The notes under the pieces: generated by a model | Databases searched by the model: none | What the model saw: the letters and a program-made list of their open reading frames with translations, nothing else | Told to the model about the DNA's origin: nothing | Source of the DNA: a virus | Taxonomy: Duplodnaviria > Caudoviricetes | DNA length: 53,221 nt | Strand: one strand, 5' to 3' | IMG/VR virus record: IMGVR_UViG_3300011422_000008 | Span: 1-53,221 of that record | Shown here: piece after piece, positions 1 to 8,400 of the stretch | Layout of the letters: each line of letters starts with the position of its first letter | How positions within the stretch are numbered: the stretch's first letter is position 1 | Translations under genes and position numbers: made by a program

Positions 1-2
1 GC

Positions 3-632
3 TTCGTTCATTGCTTTCCGACCGAGGATGCCGACATCGGCCAGGAGGTTGTTATTCAGGGATTGGATGAAAACGGTAAAACGGTTACGGAAATGGATCC
101 GTTGACCTCCCGGGCAATCCTTGGGGAACACGTAACCCTTGCCTATCCGTTCACGTCGACCGTGAACAAGTACTCGAAGATTACCGGGATTCTGAAGTCG
201 CCGACCATTGGCCGCGTGGCTTATGAGCAGTACGAGTCAGACTCCGCGGTCTCGACGGAGCTCAGCTCGATGGAGCCAGGGGAGACGACCGCTCAATATC
301 GCCGGTACTTCCTGAGCGGGTTGCCTAGTGCTTGTTTCGGGGGAACCGCGGGGACGATTCAGATCACGTCCCAGGCGAAGCTGGACCTCATCCCGGCCAT
401 GAGCGACCAGGATTACCTCTTCATCCCCTGTATCCCTGCCCTCATTGAAGAGCTGATGTCGCTTCGATATGGCAGCATGGACAGCGCCGGCAGCTCCCAG
501 AAGGAAAAGGACCATCACGCCTCAGCGCTCCGGCTCCTGTTCGGGCAGCTCGATCATTTCCTGGGGAAAACCAAGACCTCAGTTTCCGTTTCCATTTTCG
601 GTTCCGATCCGTTAATCCGTCAACGCACATAG
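3..632 (+). CDS. Tail/head-tail adapter protein, C-terminal part (5' partial)
   Basis: Frame is open from base 3 (FVHCFPTEDADIGQEVVIQGLDENG...). Helical C-terminus. Appears to continue the ORF starting at 52830. Confidence 0.6.
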   Translation, partial: FVHCFPTEDADIGQEVVIQGLDENGKTVTEMDPLTSRAILGEHVTLAYPFTSTVNKYSKITGILKSPTIGRVAYEQYESDSAVSTELSSMEPGETTAQYRRYFLSGLPSACFGGTAGTIQITSQAKLDLIPAMSDQDYLFIPCIPALIEELMSLRYGSMDSAGSSQKEKDHHASALRLLFGQLDHFLGKTKTSVSVSIFGSDPLIRQRT

Positions 633-635
633 CCT

Positions 636-1379
636 ATGCCAACGATTCCAGCTCCCGGCACTGCAAGGAATGCAGGCGGTGTATCCCTCGATCCCATTTG
701 GGGTATGGGGATGAATACCTTCGTGACCAATTCCGCGGGAGTGCCGATTCCAGGAGGGGGCGGTGGCGGGGGAGGAGTTGGGACACCTTCCGCGGGAGTG
801 CCGTCGAATATCTCTTCCGTGATGAACCTGATTAACAGCCTGAACCGAACCGCTCAGCAGCAGAGCAACGCCGCCAGGATTCCCAATGCCCAGGACCTCG
901 AGGCCCAGAGCTCTCTGAACATTGGGCATGAACTCCGCGGGGAGCTCTCTCCGGACGTCATCCGCCTTCTGCAACAGCAGGGAGCTGAGCGGGGAGTTGG
1001 CCGCGGCATCGGAGGCAGTCCGAACGAAATCGCGGCTTATCTCCGGGCTCTCGGTCTCACTTCCCTGGATCAGCAAAAGACTGGACAAGCTAATCTGAGT
1101 GCAGCGCTTGGCCGAAATCCCGGGGCGCCACTCTTTGATCCGACCGGGCTCATCATGACCCCGTATCAATCCGCGCAGCTCGCCGCCGAACAGCAGCGGA
1201 TTAAGCTGGCTCAGGACCAGCTTGCTCTTGAGGCTTGGAAGGCTCAGCAGGCGAACCAGTACGCTTATGACGAGAACAAATCCAAGTACGGGCCGAAAGA
1301 GTACAGCTACTCTTACACCCAGGGGCCCGGGGCCGGCTCGACCGCTTCTCCGACCTACGCTTATCGCTACTACGCTTGA
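636..1379 (+). CDS. Putative internal virion (ejection) protein
   Basis: G/A/Q-rich 247 aa; position between tail genes and the giant protein is typical of podovirus ejection proteins. Confidence 0.55.
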   Translation: MPTIPAPGTARNAGGVSLDPIWGMGMNTFVTNSAGVPIPGGGGGGGGVGTPSAGVPSNISSVMNLINSLNRTAQQQSNAARIPNAQDLEAQSSLNIGHELRGELSPDVIRLLQQQGAERGVGRGIGGSPNEIAAYLRALGLTSLDQQKTGQANLSAALGRNPGAPLFDPTGLIMTPYQSAQLAAEQQRIKLAQDQLALEAWKAQQANQYAYDENKSKYGPKEYSYSYTQGPGAGSTASPTYAYRYYA

Positions 1380-1387
1380 AAGGACCT

Positions 1388-2461
1388 ATGGCACCACGCA
1401 TCTATTTCGGTGGAGCTGACGAGCAATCGCCAATTCCGGCACAGAGTACTTCCGACTGGAACACGGTTTATCCTCCCGAGGTTCAGGCTGAAGCTTGGAA
1501 ATTCGAAATGGCTAAGCGAGCCGCCGACCGCCAGCGCGAGCTCGAGGACATGATTTTCCGCGAGAGCCAGAACCAGAAGATTGAGGACGTGACCAAGGCC
1601 GTTGACGCGGCTCAGCGGTTCCAGGCTCAGCGGCAGTACGAGAGCTTGGTTGCCAACGGGACGAAGCCAAGTGTTGCCCTCGCGCAACTGGCGCCGAAAC
1701 TGTTCCGGTCTCCCGCGGGACTCGGACCGATCTTCCGTCCCCAGGTTCAGAGGGTCATGAACGTTGCCGGCACCGGTTACCAGGAGCAGGAGGATGGCAC
1801 CTGGAAGCCATTCACGCCGATCAAGGCGCCAGTGGTCAAGGATTCGACCGCGGCATCTCTGAAGAAGAGGATCGACGCAGCTCAGGCAGAATTCGACAAG
1901 GCCCAAATGAACGCGACGGCGCGCCAAGCAACCCGGGAAGAAGTCACTCCTGCAGTACCGGGAAGCCGCTTCTGGGGCATCGGTCCCAAGTCGGCGGGGA
2001 CCCCGGCCATCACGAACCAGATCCCGATCTTCCTCAATACGACCAAGACGGATGAGGCCGTAGCCCTCCGGGATGCCGCCAGGAACCGGTTGAAGCAGGC
2101 TCAGACCGAATACGCGGCTTACATGCAGCAGGCGACCAACGCGGGGCCGGCTGAGGCCCAGGAACCTCCCCCAAGGCCACTCCTTACAGGCCCTCCAGGC
2201 TCGATAGGCGGGGCGATGTCTCCTCCCGCCACTCTGAGCCCTTCAGCGGCTAATCCTCCTGCAGGCGCCAGCGCAGCGCCGGGGATTGCCGCTATAGCGC
2301 CTCCTGGGACCAATGCGCCGGTACCAACGCCAATTGTCCGCCCTCCTGGCCCTCCGGCGAGCGGAACCGGGCTCAAAACCAATGAGGTTTTACGCCGCGT
2401 CAACGGTAAATTGGCCATTTTCGACTCCAAGACCCGGAAATTCCTCCGTTATGCCGATTAA
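1388..2461 (+). CDS. Putative internal virion (ejection) protein
   Basis: ATG after GAAAGGA; coiled-coil N-terminal half and Pro/Ala-rich tail; synteny. Confidence 0.55.
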   Translation: MAPRIYFGGADEQSPIPAQSTSDWNTVYPPEVQAEAWKFEMAKRAADRQRELEDMIFRESQNQKIEDVTKAVDAAQRFQAQRQYESLVANGTKPSVALAQLAPKLFRSPAGLGPIFRPQVQRVMNVAGTGYQEQEDGTWKPFTPIKAPVVKDSTAASLKKRIDAAQAEFDKAQMNATARQATREEVTPAVPGSRFWGIGPKSAGTPAITNQIPIFLNTTKTDEAVALRDAARNRLKQAQTEYAAYMQQATNAGPAEAQEPPPRPLLTGPPGSIGGAMSPPATLSPSAANPPAGASAAPGIAAIAPPGTNAPVPTPIVRPPGPPASGTGLKTNEVLRRVNGKLAIFDSKTRKFLRYAD

Positions 2462-5400
2462 AGACGAAGTTCTGGTAGCAAGGCCGCTTCCGGTAACGTT
2501 ACCTGCCTGGGAGGACTCCGAGCCCGTCGATGTCCCACAATGGGACGATTCCGAGGAGGTTCCGACACTCAAGATTGAACCCTGGCAGGAGCCCGGGCTC
2601 ATCCAGATACCCGATGCTCTCGCGCCGGTTGCTCCCCAGATAGCGGTACCGGCTGAATCCCGCACCGAACAGCTCGCCAGGGTGATTCATGAAGCTGGTC
2701 CGCGGGGAAGCGAAGCCCGGGAACGGGCTGCATTGGCGGGAAGGTCTTTGCTCGAGCAAGAGGGGTTCCAGGCATTGCCAGTCGGCGAGAAGGCCATGAG
2801 TGCCGCCGAGGCCATTGCTCAGGAGGTTGCCAAGACACCTGGGCGCCTGATGCGGGGTGGAGCGGTCCAGGCTCAAGTGTTGCCTCCTCCGCGAATGGAA
2901 GAGCCCGGGGTCCGGATGCTGCCCAATGTTCCTCTCCGTCAGGAATGGGAAGTCAAAAGTCCTACCGAGCGGGCGCAAGCGGTAACCGGCAGTGAACTTT
3001 TCAAGGCTGGTCAGGCGGTTGAACAGGCTGCGGAGCGCGCGCACCCAACAGCAGCCGGCAGCGAAGCAAGCTTTTGGTGGGGTGATGTTCCACGTGGAAT
3101 AGGCTCCATGGGCACCAGCATTGGAACCGGGCTTGTCGGCGGTCCAGCAGCCGGTATCGGCGTGGCTACGATCCTCGAGACCATGGACGCCTTTGATCAG
3201 GAAATGGGACGGCAAGTCCGTACTGGCGAACAGCCAGACCCGGGGAAAGCCTGGGCCAAGGCGACCGGTTACGGGGCATTGACCGTGCCGATTGAATCCG
3301 GGCTTGGTGTAGGCCGCTTGATTCGGAATATCACCAAACGCTTTGGCCGAACAGGAGCCGAAGAGGCTTTGGATCTTCTCAGGCGCAAAGGTAAGAACGG
3401 GTTGACTGAGTTTGCGAAGAATCGCGCGAAGGATGCAGGACTCAACGCAGCTCAGGAGGGCATCGAAGCTCTCTCCCAGGATCTCATTGTCGAAGGGGAA
3501 GCAGACTGGGCGAACGTGGTACGTAGCGCCGGAGCTGGCGCCGTTGCCGGCACAATTGCCGGAGGAGCGGGCGAAGCGGGTGCACGCGGAGCTCGCCGCA
3601 TCATCGGTCCGCCTCCGTCTTTGGAACCTCCGATTACTGGCCGCGACCTTCTCCAGCGAGAAGGGGCGATTCCTCCATTGCAGGCAATCGAACCAACAAC
3701 AGAAAGGACTCCAGATGATACGCAAGGTGAAGAGCGGGTACCGGGTAGTCAGCCACAAGGGCCGCAACCTGGGAACGTCCCGATCGTTAGCGGGGGCCAA
3801 ACGCCGCCTCCGGCAGGTGGAATACTTCAAACACCTACGCCGCCGTTAAAGCCGATCAAAGTCAAATTCAACGGGCACTATGAAGCTTTCGGGAAAGTGC
3901 CCGCGTTTGACCTTTACACGACTGTTGAGGAAGGGAAGAAAGGGACAACCGCAACGCTAGAGGAACTCCGAAGGCAAGGGTTCGACCCGCAGATAATTGC
4001 TGAACCTCCTCCTCCGGCTGTGACGCCTCCGAAAGCTCCGGAGCCGTCGACCGATACGGTCCGCGTCTATCACGGCGAGGAGGCCGGCTCCGGAGCGAGC
4101 GGTTCATGGTTCACCATCGACCCGAAGAGGGCCCGGACTTTTGGTAAGAACGTTTCTTTCGTCGACCTCCCTCGGGACGTGTACGAGCAGCTCCGGAAAG
4201 AGGCTGAAGCCAAAGGCACGCCGGAAAAGGATCTGACCCTCCCGGATGAATGGGTGAAGAAAGGCCAACCGATCGAGATTGAGGAAACCGTTCATGACCT
4301 TGATGCTGAGACCGAGTACAAGCCGAGCGCGACTCTGGGGCCGGTTGATGGCTCGCCGGAGTACAACGCTCTGCCCATGGGAGCAAAGAGCTCTATCGGA
4401 GAATTCGAGATCAATCAGAAGATCATCGATACCGGCTTGCATCCTGATGGCAAGAAAGCCACGAAGAAACAGATCGAGGAGCTGAAGCTTCGCCAGGATC
4501 AGGTCCGTAAGAATTTCGAGCGCAATCGAGCGGTTCCTATCGCGGAGCTGTCCACTCCGGATCTTCTCAAGATGGCGCGAGGCCTTGGGATAAAGGTCGA
4601 TGAGGAGAGCATCATGCTCGAGCACGTTCGGAATCCGCTTATTGCTCGGATAACCGAGCTCGAGACGAAAGGCTTGCTCGATCGAGAAGCGGCCATGAAG
4701 GCCGGAGCTATTCCTCCGAAGGCTCCAGAAGTTCCTCCTGTTGCTCCGGCTGAAACGAAACCGGCTCCGGCTGCAACAAAAGCTCCCAAAGTTGAAACGG
4801 TTAAGCCTGTTTCTGAGCCAACTTCCGCGGAGCTTGAACCTTGGCTGAAGGTCCCGGAAGTGGACGATTCCCAGGCCAAAGAGGCAGCGAACTATGCGCG
4901 CCGACAAGTGGAAGCTCTCCGCACTCAGTACAAGGAGCTCGAGCAACAACGGATAGCTCTCGACAAGCTTGTCATGACCGGGAGCAAATTCCGCCGTCAC
5001 ATGAAGCGGTCCGCGCGGAAGAAGGACATCGATGCTTTCCGGGAAGTCCAGAAGAAGCAGCAGGACGTTGAGACTCAGATCCGCGCGATCGAGAATGCCA
5101 GCCGCGGGGATGCTGACGTAACGGAACGAGCTATGGAAGCTCGCCGAGTCAATGATGCATCAAGGACTCCCCTGTCTCGCCTGGGCGCCAGAATCAACCT
5201 GTTCCATGCATCGGGTGAGAAGGTGCCCGCTGAGGTAGAGCGGATCTTCATCCAAATGACCCGGGCTGAAGTTCAGAAGCGGTTTCCGGATCTTCGACCG
5301 CAAGAGCTCGAAGCCATGGGCCGGGAGATAGAGCGAGCCGCTCGCCTGGGCGATGACCTCAAACGGGAATTCGAAATCAATCCCGCTCTGAAGGGGCCTT

Positions 5401-8400
5401 TTGCTGGACGCCGCGCGGAACTGGCCAAGCACGTTCAGGACCTCCGCAATCAAGGTAACTGGAATCTCTGGCCGGAGGAACTGATCCGGAAGTTGGAAGA
5501 GAAGAGCCGGAGCTCGCAGCCGTACGGAGAGAGGGATAAACCCCTCCCTGAGCTCTCCATTAAGGAGCTCGAGGAGCTCAAGGCCGAAGCCTCTGAAGCT
5601 GCCGAAGTGGCCGCGGGCAAGGCTAAGGCTATCGAAGAGCTCGCCGCCAAGCAGAAGGCCGCGGATGAAGCCGAGGCTCAGCGCCTCCTGGATGAAGCTC
5701 AAGCTGTGGTCGACTCTCAGCCGAGGACCAGGAAAGCGACCGCGATTAAGGAGGAGCTCATCGACCGCATCGAGGAGCAGATGGACAAGACCATCGCCGC
5801 GGCCAAGGTAACGCTCGTGAAGAATGCGGAGCTAATCGAAGGCGCCGAATCTTATAGCGCCACTGCGGAATCCGGAGGCAAGTTCGTCCAGGGTACCATT
5901 CGCGAGACTCCCAATGGCAGGTTCGAGGTAACGGCCAAGGTTACCGGGAGCAAAAACCCAATCAAAGGACTGGTGGATACCAGGGCCGAAGCAGAGCGCA
6001 TCATCAAAGTGATGAGTGCGGATGCCTCTGGCCGTGCGGTCATTGCCGTTCCTGGGGATGGCATTTTCACGCTGCACCGGAACGGGGAGAATCTCGCTAA
6101 CCTCTGGCAGCAAGCCCGTTCAATTGTTACGAGTGCCACGCCGACCGGGCCGAAAGCTCCGGCTTCTGGAAGGCCCAAGGCAGCGCCGAAGCTGCCGAAA
6201 ACTGTCGATGTCAAAGCCGCTATCCTCATCATGCGGAAACAGATTGTGGACCGGAAGAGCGGACGGCCTACGCTTTCTGACGTCTATAGCGATGGCAAGC
6301 ACGTCTATGCGACTGATGGCCGAGTGCTCGTTATCATCGACGCGGTTCAACCCGTTGGCGGGCCGGAAGGCTTTCCAGTCGAAGCAATCAAAAAGGATGT
6401 CTGGCCAGATGAAATGGAAGGCCAACCTGCCTCCGTGCCAACTGAGGAGCTTTGGCGGATTAGCCGGTTGGCGAAGAGCCTCTATTGGAAGGACAGCATT
6501 CCCAGGGTGCAACTCTTCGTCGACGACAAAGGGAACATTGCCGGCGAGTCCATGGACGCTGAAGGCAATGCTGCCGGGTGGGGCGACCCTCGAGGGAAGC
6601 GGTCCCTGGGATTCTTCGACTCGGAGTATATCGGTTCGCTCGCGGAGATTGCCCGGGCTCTTGGTCATGCAACGGTTACGCTCCAGGCTGGAGTGAAGGG
6701 AGAAGGCAAGCAAATGTCTCATCCCCTCGTCATGAAGGCGCCGGGGATTCGCGCGCTGGTTGGCAACGTGCGGGACATTGAGCGCGAGGCTCCGAAGTCG
6801 ACCAAGGCAGAATTGCCCGAGGGCAGAGCAGAGCTCGAAGCGTTCCTCCAAAAGACCCGCGATGATCTGAAGGTTTTCCAGGAGCAAGTTAAAAAGGTGA
6901 ATGGTGAGGAAGTGGGCCCGGTTGCGGCTCGCGACCAAGCCAAGATTGATATTGCTCGAGCTGAAGCCAAGCTCGCGAAGCTGCCGAAAGAGGAACCAGC
7001 CGCGCCGGCAGAAGAAGAGGGCGCCACTCCCGAGCAGATAGACGCTATCATTGCGCGTTGGGAGAAGAAAATATCTCAGCTCCAGGACGAACAGCAAAAG
7101 CTTAATCCAAGGCAACGCAGCTTCCGTGCCGTAGCGAAAGATAAACAGAAGCGCATAGGCGAAATTGCCGCAGAGATTGATGCAGCCAGGAAGGAGATCG
7201 AAAGCCTGAAGTCTCAGCGCGGTAGCCGTGGCGGTGGGGCCAAAGCCTACGCTGCCGGGGAGCGGATGCCTCCTCGGAAACCATTCAACATTTTCACGGC
7301 GACAGATGCCGAGCTGGATGCTCTCCACAAAGAGCGCTTCGGTGAAATGGGCGGGGAATTCGGGATGGCCTATGCTGGCCGCGAGGCCAAGATCCGCGAG
7401 TTTGCCAACTTTGAAGAATTCAAGGCGTGGCTCGATGCTCGTTACGCTGAGCGGAACCTCGAGCACATGCAGCGGGCCTATGCTGAGGCCGATGGCAAAT
7501 GGAAAACGAAGTACATCAAAACCGTCAATGCCGACCCGGCAACTGACCAGCTCAAGCGGGACGTCATTGCCCATATCGCAACCGGGGCGCCTCTGCCTCC
7601 GGGATTTGTTCCGGTTCCTCCAGCCGCTCCTCCTCCAGGAGCACCTGGGGCAGGCGGAACGACGTACCAACAGCCTCCTCCCCCTCCTCCCCGGGAACCA
7701 ACGGAGTACTCGAAATTTGACATTACGGCTCTGACTCAGCTTTTCCGCTATTTCAGCCGCTTTCCGCAGATGAACGCGCGACTGATGAAAGCCTATGGTC
7801 AATTTGTGCCCAATACTGGGGCCGTGGAGCTGAAGGAGCGGCTCTTGTGGGATACGAAGCTCGCGACCAGGGTTCTCTCTCACGAGATTGGGCATTTCGT
7901 CGACCTCATGCTGACCCCGGTTGGTTGGGGTGCCAGGGACTTTGCACGCCGATTCGCTCCGCTCCGTGATTTCAAAAGAGCGGTTCGCGACCGGAAGGAT
8001 CTGAATCAGGCAGCGAAGGCTCTCTCAGCGGTCTGGCGTGGAGCGTTCTCTCCTACCAATGCGTACCGGAATAGTGCCGAGGAGCTCTTCGCGGATACCA
8101 TGAGCGCTCTCCTGACAAACCCTGAAATGGTGAATCAGCAATTCCCGGTTATTCATGACGCCTTCGAGCGGTTCCGGGCTGACAAGCCGGCCTTCCGGAA
8201 TGCTTACTCGTTTCTCACGAGCTGGCTTCGTGGTGATGAGATTCCGGACCAAATCCTCAAGCAGCAGGCTGAGGCGAATAAGCGGACATTGAACGACCTC
8301 CTCCAGGAGGACACGACCCCCAAACAAAGCTATATCGACCAGCTTAAACAGGCAGTCGTTTCAATTTGGTATCCGATCTATGCCATCGAAGGCAAACCCA

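Noticed and set aside
2313-2450. Longest-ORF starts for the giant gene, and likewise for helicase (13708), portal (38008) and capsid (42852)
   Set aside because: These extensions overlap upstream genes or structured leaders; downstream starts have better RBS or coupling.
6120-7895. Long antisense ORFs (also 2499-3830, 42915-44318, 51289-52278)
   Set aside because: Shadow frames of GC-rich coding genes, with no recognisable motifs or RBS.
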